Shown: one piece after another, positions 38,636 through 51,600 of the stretch | How the letters are laid out: each line of letters starts with the position of its first letter | Numbering within the stretch: the stretch's first letter is position 1 | Source: Botryllus schlosseri | Taxonomy: Eukaryota | Direction of reading: 5' to 3' | DNA: 64,000 nucleotides | NCBI GenBank assembly: GCA_051294905.1 | Contig: CM119371.1 | Span: 1,676,001-1,740,000 of the forward strand | Program-made: the position numbers and the translations under genes | The notes under the pieces: model-generated | Seen by the model: the letters and a program-made list of their open reading frames with translations, nothing else | Database searches by the model: none | Told to the model about the DNA's origin: nothing

Positions 38636-40153
38636 CTGTATGAATTATAAGTTCATCAAAGGTAATGTGTACTGTGTTACGTGTATGTGTCCGCAGCCAC
38701 CCTCAGGTATGCCTAAATATGGGAATACAGGGATGTTAGTATCTCAGGATGTTTTTCTGACCATCGATTGTACGTTCTGAAGCATTGTAGATACACAGTT
38801 TTATCTACGTTTTATTAACGAACCCGATTTGCGTGAAGAACGCGTTAAAACGCGTCGACACAAAAACCGACTTAAAACTATCCTGCTAGTCTTTAATATG
38901 AACCAAATAAAAACGTTTTTTTAACCTCAATGGGCTGTTTCGTGTTTGCTGGGTGGCTACTTTCGAAGTAGATTCTCGATTAGAGTAAAATGATTCACAC
39001 AATACACAGGAAGAATCATGGAAACCACTTTCAACTACAACGACACAGGGGGCTGTAACTCAGTAAAATAGGTGCTGTAACTTAACTCAAAACTACTCTG
39101 TAGTTTTCAAAATCAAAATGCAATAGTAAGTGCCGTAGTTTGGTCGTGAAGTAGAATTGGAAGCAGTCATAACATAACCAATTTAATTAGTTACCGTTAT
39201 ACTAAGCAAAACATACTAAAAAGTTTTAGGAATCAAAATGGAGTCAAATGCCATCCAAGCGGAAGCAGTAATCTTCACAGCAAACAAAAACTTCATGTTG
39301 AGTGAAAATGAGCTTTCAAAGTTGGTATATGATAGTTGCAAAAATTAGCTAAAATAGTTGAGAATCACTGGGTGATATGAACTCAAACGGGAACTGTACC
39401 TCTCGGATACTATGATGATTAATTATGATAAAAATGTACGAGAATGGGTTTTTGATAAAAATGTGTTACATGATACCATGCCATAGACTGCAGGTCTGTC
39501 AGATATAATACAATTTTATACATCGATACGCTAGTACAGTGCTTTTCAACCTTTTTGAACACCATCAGCACTTTTTCTGCAAGATAAATTTCATGGCTAC
39601 ATACCAACCGAAAAATGTTATACAAAAAGAAAATGCAGATACTTAACAAGATCTTGTTTATATGTGTAAGAAGTAGGCGACTGGTTCAGGCTATTAAATT
39701 TCTCATTAAAAAGACCACTCTATTTCGTAGTTTCGATTTCAACTATAGTGCACTAAACCCTTTTCGGCGAAATAAGTGTTCAGTTTTGTACAAGAACTTC
39801 TAGTGCTTGGATATCCAGGTGTTTATCAGAACCATCCGGCACTCCTATCCAGAATACAGCGTCTTTTCCTTGTGCAAAAAAAAAAGTTTCCGACAAAGGT
39901 CTCACAACCTCCAGTTCGTCGAATGGCTGCAAAACCCGCATGTCTGTTTCAATGCTTCTCTCACATGACTTGGAAAGTGAGCCCCAAAACTAACATGAAG
40001 AATAAGCACATATGAGCTGGATACCTTGTGATACGCTGATATACAGTGACCTTGGATATATAAAAACAATCTGCAAGAAATTCCACAAATTTTACCTGCA
40101 TATTATCAGACCACTTAGGTGGCGTGGAGACTCAAAATTATACCATTTGCAAC

Positions 40154-42205
40154 CAAGGGCGTAGCCAGAAAAAATATTTGGGGGCGGCGAAAAATTCGAT
40201 GAAGTAAATGACCCCCCCCCCTTAAAGATAAGGAAAAAATAGGTAAAATCGATGGACTTTGGCGCTTATTGGATGATTAACACAACATCTGGGGCGGTCG
40301 TTGTATATTCCACTCACAGACGGCTGTCCACTCACAGACGGCTGTGATCAAATGGTGATTGTGGAAAACCAGGACGACAACACTTTCGCGCGAAGCGCGA
40401 AAATTTTTCATGGTTAATGAATGAAATTGGTTCATTTTATTGGTATTTGCATATTGCAAATACGTTTTCATTATCACATTTACCGGCAGGGCTGATAGAA
40501 GTGGTGTCATCAAACATTCAGCGGGCAATTAATTATACATCTTGAGCAATATGTTCATACCACACGGCAAGACTATTTAGAGTTTCTAGAGCAGGGTGTC
40601 CAAAGGGCCACATGAGACTTACGAACCATTGCGCGGGCCACTTGAATGGTGATGACCTTTTTTAGTCTTCCGATAGGAGCGTACCGGATAATAGGTAACG
40701 TTGAAAACAATACTTATATTATACGCATCAAAATCAATAACAATTATGACATGAAAACTTGGTGTCGATCCCCGGCCTAGCCGCGCGAAATATTGTACAT
40801 TATAAAGTCATATACGACGATCTGCGAAAATGTGGCTGGCCCCTGGCTACGCCAATGCGTCGGAACTCGGAACTGATATTTTAGTCGGCAAAATCCCAAA
40901 TTTCGCGGTCAGGCTAATCAAATTTTGGTTATTCGGTTTTGGTGATTTATTTTTTGATAATATCAGTAATTTCGAGAATGAACCGCGGGCCTCTCAAAAC
41001 CTTCTCGCGGGCCATAGGTTGGCCGCCCCTGTTCTATAGAGGGTGGACGCCGGACGGGACAGTTGTCATTTATTGCTGTTACTTCATGACTTGCGTAGAA
41101 TGCTGTCACCACTCAAGAGATCGAGCACACGCAAGGTCGTAGCCAGAAAAACAATTTATTTGTATTTTGTTTGGGGGGGAAGTTATGACTTTAGGGGATC
41201 TCTCCCGTGGGAACATCTCGCAGAACCGTACATCCTGCCATAGGCAATTTCATCACTACCCTTTATACATACGATTCTTAGACGCACACACACACATACT
41301 CTATGGAAGCTTCCAGTTGCCAACTATAGCTTGTATTAGGCGGTCGTTGCACGGACGAGCCCAAATCGATGACATAAAGTGATGAACAATCAGTGTGAAT
41401 TTCGGCCCTAGTCACGCGGAGCATAAATGTTTTTGAAAAAATTTGATCAATAATATTGGTACGTCTATATGAGCAAGTGGTGTCCATTCTTATTACTCCG
41501 TTGAAGCACGGTTTGGGCGTAACCTCTGGTAGAGATTGACGCTACTTTAAAGATTGAAATCGCTGATACATACCCAACCATAAATTAAAAAACTCCTTTG
41601 ATCAGACTCGTTCAATTTCAAATTAGCAATTTTTAACGGGAGGTGGTGATATTTTCCTGTGCCAGTTGCGTTTATGTTGGAGGGGTCTGATTGCAGGGAC
41701 AGGATCATTAGGTGCCAGCTATTCAAGCACCCGAAAATCTATATCGAAGGCTTCGGAATACATGGGTCGGTTTTATGGTCGTCAATCATTTTGGGAGCGC
41801 ACTTTGCGGAGTCGCATGTAGCCTACTTTATATATCTTCGTGTGTCCCAGAACGGAAGTTGCCGGAGCTAACAGTCCCCAACCCCCATACTGAACTGACA
41901 CTCCTACAGATTCAATCAACCCAACGACCTCAGGCTACTCTAGTGCATCTACTGGTGCGGTTGTATTCTCATAATTGAGAATGCAGCTAAATTCAATAAT
42001 GGGTATTTGCGGAATAATTTTTTTTCGTGATACCGACATTAAAATTAAGACATGAACGGACACTAAATCGCGCGAAGCGCGAAGAAAAATTTTAGGTTGC
42101 ATACATTTGCCCCAAAATACTCTTAATATCTCTTGATTTTACGAAAATTTTCAAAAAATTTGGGGGGGGCGACCGCCCCTTTCGCCCCACCTGGCTACGC
42201 CAGTG
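40154..42205. mobile_element. hAT-type element (GGCGTAGCCAG termini)
   Basis: CAAGGGCGTAGCCAG...CTGGCTACGCCAGTG; perfect TSD TTTGCAAC. Confidence 0.9.
40592..41031. mobile_element. Nested Buster-like MITE
   Basis: CAGGGTGTCCAA...TTGGCCGCCCCTG; TSD TTCTAGAG/TTCTATAG. Confidence 0.8.
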
Positions 42206-42799
42206 TTTGCAACCGATACTTTGAGAAGCCGTGACGGAACAGAATTTGCTTTACAGAAACTTGCAAGTGTGAGTCTGCGATGGTGGTATGTATTATTATC
42301 TTCGTGCCTCGTGCTAATCGAACCATATTCACGAAAATATGACGATTTTCCAGAGAAACAAACAGACAGTCATTTTTAAGTCATTAATCCCGCGTATCGC
42401 AAGCACAGACTCAGCTGATATAATGTAACCTACACATGCCAATACACCCAGTTTTGTATCAGACTTTTTAGTAGGTAATAAATGCAGCGCACAAATAGTA
42501 ATTCACTACGGCTGGCGTGAGACAAATTTATTGTAAAAGATACGAATAGGTCAAACACGTTTTTGCATTTACGTTTCAACGAGCAAGGTTATGGAGCCAC
42601 TGCACTCGAATTTCCAATCAGCATTATTTAAATTATTCCACGCCAGAACAAGTACGATGACAATTAGTCACTATTTTAATCCGCATTCATCTGCACCACG
42701 TCTCTCATCCGCACTGCAAATTTTTCCATCTGCACTAATGCGTACCATCCCACAAGTTGAGAGGAACTGCGCTAGTTCATTTCATGGAGAACATCAAAC

Positions 42800-43492
42800 T
42801 TTTGAATCGATTTATAAATTCGTAATGTATTTATCTGCGTCTTGTCATGACAGAGTCCATGATCTATTTTGGTCTTGGCATACATCAAAATTCACAATAA
42901 TGTAATTGCTGGACCAAACTTTTTAAAACTAACCTACCTTTCAGCTACTTGAAGAATATTTATATGCGATTGTGTAACCGAATAAGACTTGTAAACCAAT
43001 TTCGTTACATATTGACTCCACCTTTTGGAGAGATCTGTGAGTATAATGGAGTCTGGAGTCCAGCCCACACCAAAGTTGTTGCCTTTTGAAAAGAAATCCA
43101 AGAATCCAAATCAAGCTACTGCTTTTTAATAGAGCCTCATACAACGAGCGTGATATCAAAAAGGCACTAGCAACTGTCTAATTAAAATAAGCCTCTGATA
43201 TTTGCTTTCAAGTTGCACACTTGCCTTAAATACGTTTTAGGTTAATTTTGATTTTTGATGACTGGTCTAGAGTAGGGCAGCATCACAATACTGAAAAGCT
43301 TGTGTTGGATATTGGCCCTCGTGTACCAGGTCGAACGAGACATTGCCTGCCGAGATACGAATTCCTCTTGTTCTAATTTTCATGATTTCGGTTCTACTGT
43401 TGACTGGGAATCCTTTTCATATCAGTACTGCTCACTGCTTGATACGCTTGAATCTCTTTATTGTTCAGGATTTTGTCTGAAATGGCAGCCAT
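42800..43492 (-). pseudogene. Decayed paralogue of family A
   Basis: YLGRQCLVRPGTRGPI...PTLDQSSKI...GKC.../LISRSLYEALLK...FKRQQLWCGLD; homologous to 50400-51600, 56230-56410 and 30185-30520(+). Confidence 0.55.
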
Positions 43493-43649
43493 AGATTTAT
43501 TTACGGACAGACTTGTACAAACTACCAATCTAGTTAGTTGGTTATCAACTGACTACCGATTATTCAGTTAGTTCTAGTTGCGGATTTTGAAAAGATAGTA
43601 GTTCTAATTCTAGCTCATGTTGCGGATTTCATAAGGTTAGTAGTGATAG

Positions 43650-45018
43650 CAGGTTTCTAATGACTCGACTCGAGTCACGATTTTCGGTGAAACGACTGGG
43701 CTCGAGTATTTTCTACAAATGCATAAAATGACTCATATCGACTCGAGTTATTTTGTGCATTGACTCGACTTGTACCCGATTCATTATACATGACTCGAAC
43801 CAAGTCATGTGACTCGAGACTAGGACGGCCAAGACAGACATTTCATTGTAACTTCAAAAAATAGTTAAATGTCAAAAAAAGTCAAAATTAGGTCAAAATT
43901 GTAGCGTTAGGTCAAAATTTGTAAAAATTCCTTTCAAAGTCAAACATATTTTGACCTCTGCATTTCGTTTGTATCGTAGATTTTGCGCTGTCGGTGAACT
44001 TATCATTTGATATTTTACAGCTTGTAGCCTACTTTATAGGCCTACCGTTGTAAACGGACCATCGTCTGCTCATTGTGAATCATAAACGGTCAAATGAAAC
44101 AAATAGTGACATGGTTTTATGGTCAACGTACCGCAATATCCTAGCTGAAGCAAGACTGCTTGGACATTGCATGGTTCTTATATCAAGAAGCGCAAGCTAA
44201 AAAATTGTGATATAGACAACATTGTCGGAATGAAGCAACACGGTTGGTCACCAGCAGTGTGCACACAACTTGAGTGTTGTCAGCCAACAAATGCTGCTGT
44301 TGAACGTTCTTTCTCCGTTCTTGGCAAGCTACGTAGTAAGGACGGACATTATATTATCTACCCGAGAATGTAGGAAAGGATCTTTCGTTGTACTACAACA
44401 AATTTTATTTATTTCCACCAGAATACGTAATGTAACTACTGGACTTCTTCATAGGGCCAGATTTCGTTAAAATACTAGTTTTTCATGTAAAAATCTGTCA
44501 GTTTTTAGCCAAAAACGTTTTTTCAGGCCAATCTACTTTGTAAGGAGAGACAGTTCCAACCAGAAATAAAGATAAGTAGTACAATTTCAACATTATATGC
44601 GAAAACACATAATTTGCATACTTGAGGTCACAATTTGGTCAAATTTCAGTTTTATTAGGTCAAAAAAGGTCAAAATTTAGATTTTTTAGGTCCAAATCTT
44701 CCGTTTTTTAGGTCAAAAAAAAAATTGCCCTAGTAATCATATTATTGGTATTTCGGCTATCGGTCCTGATACTTGTAAAATAGGGTCAGGAACTGTTAGA
44801 ATTGAGGAAAATTACGATGTTATGAATGCGGGCAATTCTACATCACTAGCGTACAGTTGAAAAAGTGGGTTGAATCGGATTGAGATCAAAACTTAACAGT
44901 GAACACAATGACATGGACTCGGACTTGACTCGATGTTGAATTGAAAATGACTAAAGTCAAAACTATAAAAGTGAAATTGACTTGTGACTCGGATTCTTGT
45001 GACTTGATCACAATCCTG
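43650..45018. mobile_element. GACTCGAGTC-family MITE split by a GGTCAAAA-repeat hAT derivative (about 43870-44733)
   Basis: MITE halves at 43650-43860 and 44735-45018; the insert is homologous to 53330-53910 and 28660-28850. Confidence 0.8.
44167..44400 (+). pseudogene. hAT-like transposase C-terminal remnant
   Basis: CCQPTNAAVERSFSVLGKL..KD, the hAT S/AxxxERxFS motif. Confidence 0.8.
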
Positions 45019-45702
45019 AGTTCTAGTTGCACAATTATAAAATAAACAACTAGAAAACACGCGTCTTCTTATGAAGCAAATCAAGATACCGGTGTTCTGT
45101 CGTGATAGGTTCTTGCGGTCATCACTACTGACAGGGGCATAGCCTGGGTTTGAGGGTCGAAACCCCTGCCATTTGACGCTTGAAACCAGTTCCTATTAAA
45201 ATGCAGTTTCTATCTCATTTGCAATGCAAAGTTTGTATTATAATCAGAGTTAGATGTGTTTTATTCAGATAGTGTGGGATTTCCAAAGGCCGTTAGGTCT
45301 ACATGTACTTGTACTTGCGAGTTTTGCAATAGCCGCAATAGTGAATTAAAAGTAAACACGGACACATTTACTTACATTTTCGTCTCAATTCAGCACTTCG
45401 ACTCAGTTTGTCGCTTCTTTCGAGGTCTTGAATTGGACGAGAGCACATCTCTTGGTAATTTTTCTTCGATTCAACTCCCGAAATAACCGTCTCTTGTCGA
45501 TTCGGTCCATATTCACAGTCTTTTGGGGTATTTTCGACTAAAAATAAGGACAAATTGCCAAAAATGTGGAATTTTGGGCGAAGGGAGAACATTTCTTGAA
45601 AAAGGAGGACAAATCCTCCTAAATTTTGACGCATAGTTAGAACTTAGAAGTTTATGCTTTCTACTTGAGAAGCCTTACTGACTACTTTGACCACATCTGC
45701 GC

Positions 45703-48215
45703 CAGACATGGGGTGATTACTTCATGAATGTAATCGATTGCGATTACGATTACTTCAAAATCACGCGATTACGATTACGATTACGATTACAGCAAAATCA
45801 GGAAGTAGTCGATTACGATTACGATTACATTGGAAAAGTAATCACGATTACTCACGATTACATTTGTTTTGCTTCTTAGGACTATAATCTTAAATGATAT
45901 ACTGGAAGACAATACAAGGATTGCGTTGAAAAGGCTTAATGAGATATCAACTCTCTTCATACATCATGCGTCATTTGCTTATTACGTCATAATATACCAA
46001 TGCCCAACATTATAGGGGATGATTTATCGCACCCAACGATTTGCATTATTGCCAGGTCTTTACCTGCCGCACCCCAAATTCCTTAATAGGGTAGGGAGCG
46101 TGCTCGAAGGGAATTCAAAACTATTTCGTAAACCAACATAAATTATAGAGTATTTTCGAGAATTTAATTATTTCTTGAAAATGTTCTTCGAGCTTCGCGA
46201 TTCAAATGTCTCTAGTACAGGGGTCACCAACGCGGACCAAATGAGTCGCCCGCGGTCGCTGTAGCAAAATCAAATCCAACATCCAAATGAGAGATTTGAA
46301 AGTTGAAGCTGGTTTCATATGAGCCGCAGTTAAACATGGGTCGGCCGACCGCAAGGAACATACGAACGCTATCGCTCGGGGCATTGCTCGTCTTCGCCTA
46401 CGCGGCGGCTCAACGGGAAACTATAGCTAATATTCCCGAGTCTCGACGCGGAGATCGGCGCTTCAGCGCGCACTGCAGCAACGCAACTGAGCCTGGAGGA
46501 GCTGGTGTGCGTCCCGGCGAGTGAGCGTTTTTTTGTTCTTGGTAAGGGGCGGAAACCCGGTCCAGTTCTCTGATTGTCTTACTTTAAGTGAAGAAATCCA
46601 ACTGAGCACGGATAAACGGCGGGAGTAAGTGGTAACCCGTCGGTCGTCGCAATATTCAGTACACACTACACAAGAAGTAGCTTTTTGTTTCAAAACGGTT
46701 GGTGACCCGTGCTCCAGTAGATAGCTTGATTTGAAATGCATACCTCTTCCCCTCAAGAAAAAACATGCGTAGGCTATTTTATGGAAACAAGCATTTCGGA
46801 GCCGGTCATTACCGCACCACGATCCCACAACACACCAAAAGAGATATGCAGTTTCGGCCAGCACGCAACTCCACGGGATGTGATACCAAAGAAATACCTT
46901 GGCCGAAACTTAGGGTATTCGTCCATTGTCAATAGCCGCGCTGGGTGGGCGTGACTAATAACTCCTGCCCTTCCAATCTTGGCCCACAATGCAAATGCCA
47001 CCCGGCGCATCCACAAAGGAATAAAGCCATGACAATTTGTGTGTGCGTCTCACGAAAGATATTCTTTTAGTCTGCTACGTTTGGGCGAGTACAATATCTT
47101 TTGATTATACAACAGATTGGAGGTCGCGAATTAACAACATACAATGAAGTAATTATAACAGCATACTAGATGCTATAATTATGAATTACGTGCCCCAGCT
47201 CTACAGGTAAATCTGACACTCGGGGCAGAGAGAGGTTATAAATGAATAGTAATATAATGCAATTACCAATATTATTGACGAAATTCAGTTTTGAAAATTG
47301 ACCAACGGTTGGACTGGGGGACGAATTGCTGTTTTGGTTCTGATTCTAGCTACAACCCACGCTAACATGTCAGGGTATATAAGCGGATGGTTATGGCGGC
47401 AGGTCCAAATGCTGAGTAACGAACTGTGAAATAACGATTGACGCCCGTTTCAAGTAGTTATATGAGAATAAGATATAGTGAACATAAAAATTCTGCCTTC
47501 AACTTAATACATAGGCTATACTGCGAGCTGCTGTTACGAGAAACGGCTAAGCACGGCTCGGTTATGATATATATCAGCAGCTGTTTATTTTAATGCTTCG
47601 TTGTGGAAACTGCAATGTTTTATTCGACGAGTACAAAATTCCGAATCTTCGTCAGGTGCACGTTCGTACGTAGGCCTCCTGCTCGCCAAGCAGCAACGGT
47701 AAACTGCGTTTAGCTAGGCACAACCAAACATCAATACATAAGTTACTATTTGAAACTATAGGCGGAGTGGTGATCAATATCCTGCTGCGAGGTAGGAGCT
47801 GCTGTAGTGTATTGATAACCTGATATACACCACGGGGGTGTTTTTAAAATCACACTACAATGTTCATCGCATGTCTGTTTACTATGTGTGGATACTTCTA
47901 TGCAATGACGAGCGGAGCTAATACTTCTGACGTAATAATGAGTAGCGGCGTTTGAAAACAGACGTTTGTGCTATCGCTAACGTGGTATATTATCTCATTC
48001 TTGTTCACGAATATTCAGTTTATGTCATAGTCCTTGTACAAACAAAAAGTAATCGTTCTTTCACAAAAAAATCGATTAGATACGGAAAGTAGTCGATTAC
48101 GATTACGATTACTTCGGATTTTTTTCGAATGTAATCGATTGCGATTACGATTACTTCAAAATGCTGTAATCGTCGTAATCGATTACGATTACTAATCGCG
48201 ATTACCCCATGTCTG
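45703..48215. mobile_element. hAT-type element with (GATTAC)n subterminal arrays
   Basis: TIR CAGACATGGGGT/ACCCCATGTCTG; perfect TSD ATCTGCGC. Confidence 0.92.
46218..46711. mobile_element. Nested Buster-like MITE
   Basis: CAGGGGTCACCAAC...GTTGGTGACCCGTG; TSD CTCTAGTA/CTCCAGTA. Confidence 0.85.
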
Positions 48216-48759
48216 ATCTGCGCACCATCCACTTTTTGTGACGTCAGGGTCAAAATTTGAGTGCGTCACACATATACTCCTAACCATGTTAGTTATGAAA
48301 GCAAGCAACAATCTACACCCCCCAAGAAACGTGGACTGCAGATTTGTACGAACTACCAATCTAGTTAGTTGAGAGTGAACCAACTACTGGCTTTTTTGAG
48401 AAGTTCTAGTTGTAGCTGCAAGTTTTGTAAACTGAGCAGTCCTTGTTCTAGTTTCAAGTTTTCAATATCCAGTCGTTCGCACATGTCTGGCGGACTACTG
48501 ACTAGCATTCCAATGAGATACGTTACAAAATAAGCTTTACCTTTGCATAGAAAATCCGAGAATGCATTGGCCAAACCGCCTTCCAAAACATCAAAACAGA
48601 TTTTGAACAAATATCGTGCGACCATCGTGGGACGTCTTGGTAGCGTGTTTCTTCTTGGACTGGAGAACTGAAAGCGGGCAAGCATAGCATGCATTTGAAA
48701 TAGGTTTACTGACCTGTCACTGGTGTATCTATTTAGCCAATGTAGCTAACTATATTAGT

Positions 48760-49520
48760 TTGGTAGCAATATTGCCGGCAATTATACCCAAGTTAGAGAC
48801 ACGGCGTATATTTTTGTTTGTATCGTTATATTATACTGAATTGCACAAAATCAGGGCAGCTTCATGCCATCTGAAAGAATGGGTGGAGGGATATATATAT
48901 AGAGAGAGCAAAAAACCAGATGGAGATAGATGGTTCCTGGTAGAGTCAAGACAGTTGCTGACATTGATGCTACGCAAGTAAAATGATAAAATATATCCTG
49001 GCTGAGTCTTTTCAAGTATAGTTGCCGACATTGAGTTGGTTCATTTATACTATTTTAAGAAGTGGTTATAGTTTCTTCCTCATTGGCTGGATGGTGGTCA
49101 AGTGTTGTCAAGGAGGAATAGCGGCAGAAAATGAAACAGATACTGGTGAAAGTTTATGTAAAATATAAGATCAAAATATCAGCATCACTTCAAGTTTTAC
49201 CTGTTTTCCAATGACAATTCAACTATGCGGGTCTTAATCGGTTTGTAAAGGTCGAGATTGTTATAGAAACAGCTCTAAGCTTAAAAAAGCGTGTTCGACT
49301 GTTCGTGCTTGAAGTTGATGAATGCGAATAAGAGCTATTTTCAAATTCTAACAAGTCCGATGAAATTCTTCAGATCTCGTATCATTCGAGATCGAGTGAA
49401 AACTACACCACATCGATATTTGTATTGGAATAGGAGAAATACCGGAAACATGACGGCATCAGTATATCGAAGCATTCAGAGTAAACATGTTAGCCAATAG
49501 CAAAGAACAGCTAGACAGTC
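48760..49520 (+). pseudogene. Decayed gene with an F-box-like N-terminus
   Basis: IPKLETRRIFLFVSLYYTELHKIRAASCHLKEWVEGYI resembles F-box consensus; the downstream part is paralogous to 29560-30090. Confidence 0.4.
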
Positions 49521-50399
49521 CAATCCGCTATTTCTGACAGTTTTGTTCTGCTCCCTTTTGACAAAATTAAGCGGAAACAAAGCTTTGTCCAAGTTCACCG
49601 GAAAATCAATTGCTCTCTTCATGGTTGTGCATAAGGCCCACAACGCATTCAAAATACATTACTGTTGTGGAATACATTAATTGCTCCTCCTCTAAACAGC
49701 AGTAATTGGCACAGATCACGAAAAACGAACATTAGGTTAGTTGTAGGTTAGTTGTATTGCTCACACAGACCCAATTTAAATTTCAGAATTTAATATAAAA
49801 AACTAAAAATAAGATTTCAAATTTTACTGCTGTCCCCAAAAAATTGTTAAATTGCTTGAAAGAACGACGCATAATAATTTTTGCTCAATTCCAACGGGTT
49901 GAAAGCAAATATGCCATTGACGGTTGGAAAACCCAGAATTATTATTGAAAAACTCGAATAACTTTGGTTCTACGTCTTGGAATTGCATCAAACTTGTTTT
50001 GCATCGTTTCCTTAGACAACTCAACAATTTCATGAGGTTTTTTTTGAAAAAAAAATAAATATATATTTGTAATAAATTAATAAATTTCAATTAGCTCTGT
50101 GTCGGCCTCTGCTGGTAGGAATTGAGACAAATTTGGTGTACAGTGTTGTTAGGCAACCTAGCAATTTAGTCAGCGAATCCGGGATCCGGAAACAAAGTTA
50201 TTTTTGAACAACCCTAATGGATATTATGATGATTTATTCAGATACAAATGTATCGGAACGTTACTTTGATAAAATTGTTATTCAAAAGTATATTATACCG
50301 TACCATGTCTATGTCATAGACCACACTGCAGGTTTTCCAAATCTACTACGATTTTAAATCTCTAATTCAGAAATGCGACAAGTTGAACGACAGTTAATT

Positions 50400-51600
50400 A
50401 GTTATTGAATTGATTTAGAAATTTGGAACGTATTTTCTGAATCATGTCATGACATAGTTTATGACCTACTTTGGACTTGGCATGCATCACGATTCACAAT
50501 ACTGCAATTGCTGTGCCATAGCGTTTGAAAGTAGCCTACCCTACAACTGGTTCAAGGATATTTACATGTGAAACCCAAAGCTGTGACCCAGTCACAAGCT
50601 TCCGAGTCACAAGTCCAATAAACTGTTAAGCTAAAACTTCGGCTCAAGTCAAGTCAAATCATTTTCAATTCACCACCAAATCAAGACTGACTCCACGTCA
50701 CGTAGCAATGCGCCGAGTCCGAGTCATTGTGTTAAGACTCGAGTCCGATTCCAAGTGATCATGTTTATTTTGCAGTGAGAGTTAGTCAGGGTTAACTCAC
50801 TTCTATGGAACTCTTGGGTGATATCAAAGGCCAAGGATTCACAATATACTCATTTTTCTCACTCTAAATATGCCTATTCAAACAGATAAATACAGTTTAG
50901 TGGTATATTTTCCAGTTATCAGTATGCTAATGCCATACGTGACTTTGATACGTCATTTAGAATGTGTAGAGTCATGGGAATTGGTTGAGTCCTGCGCAAA
51001 GACTCTAGTACAAGTCGCGTCAATAGACAAATTGACTGGAGTTGAAGTGAGTCATTCTGCGTTTTTAAGAAAATAACTTGAGTCAAGTTGAGTTCAACTA
51101 AAAATTGTGAATCGAGTGATTACAACCCTGCTAAAACCTAAGAAGACGTGTTAAAAATTGTTATTTTTTACCGTACTATTTGCAGACATCTGAGAGTATG
51201 ATCGAGTCCAGCCCACAAGGTTGCAATACTATGAAATGAAATCAAAGATTCAAGTGATTTTAACGGGACTTAATGCCCGGTAACTTAAATAGATTCACAG
51301 ATAACACGCGTATTATCAAAATGGCACTAGCAACTTTATGATTATATAGAAATTTCAGATATCGACTTTTAAATTGCACACAATTGCCGTAAATACATGT
51401 TGGTATGATTTCTATTTTTGATGACTGGTCTAGAGTACGTCGGCACCACAACACCGTCAAGATTGAACTGAATTTTGGCTCTCAAGTATCTGGTCGCACT
51501 ATACCTTCTTTGCCGAGATACAAATATCTCTTTTCCTCCGTTTCATTCATTTGCTTCATCTGTTGACCGATCATTTTGTTCGGGGAGCACTAAAATGGCA
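50400..51600 (-). pseudogene. Decayed paralogue of family A, split by a GACTCGAGTC MITE (50576-51130)
   Basis: YLGKEGIVRPDT*EPKF...RTLDQSSKIEIIPTCIYGNCVQFKSRY...KVASA; resumes after the MITE with CRVGYFQTLWHSN. Confidence 0.55.

Larger units (their letters stand above)
31818..38953. mobile_element. 7.1-kb element with CCCAG...CTGGG termini and 2-bp TSD (EnSpm/CACTA-like, non-autonomous)
   Basis: 12-bp TIR CCCAGCAAACAC / GTGTTTGCTGGG; TG on both flanks; AAAC(C/G)/(G/C)GTTT-type subterminal motifs. Confidence 0.7.

Noticed and set aside
40310..40345. 18-bp tandem duplication (also a 23-bp one at about 26268-26313)
   Set aside because: Ordinary slippage duplications with no further structure
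9691..50217. Giant element between TAGGGTTGTTCAAAAATAAC (9691) and its inverse (about 50217)
   Set aside because: No matching TSD, and the left end is buried inside nested elements, so these are independent fragments
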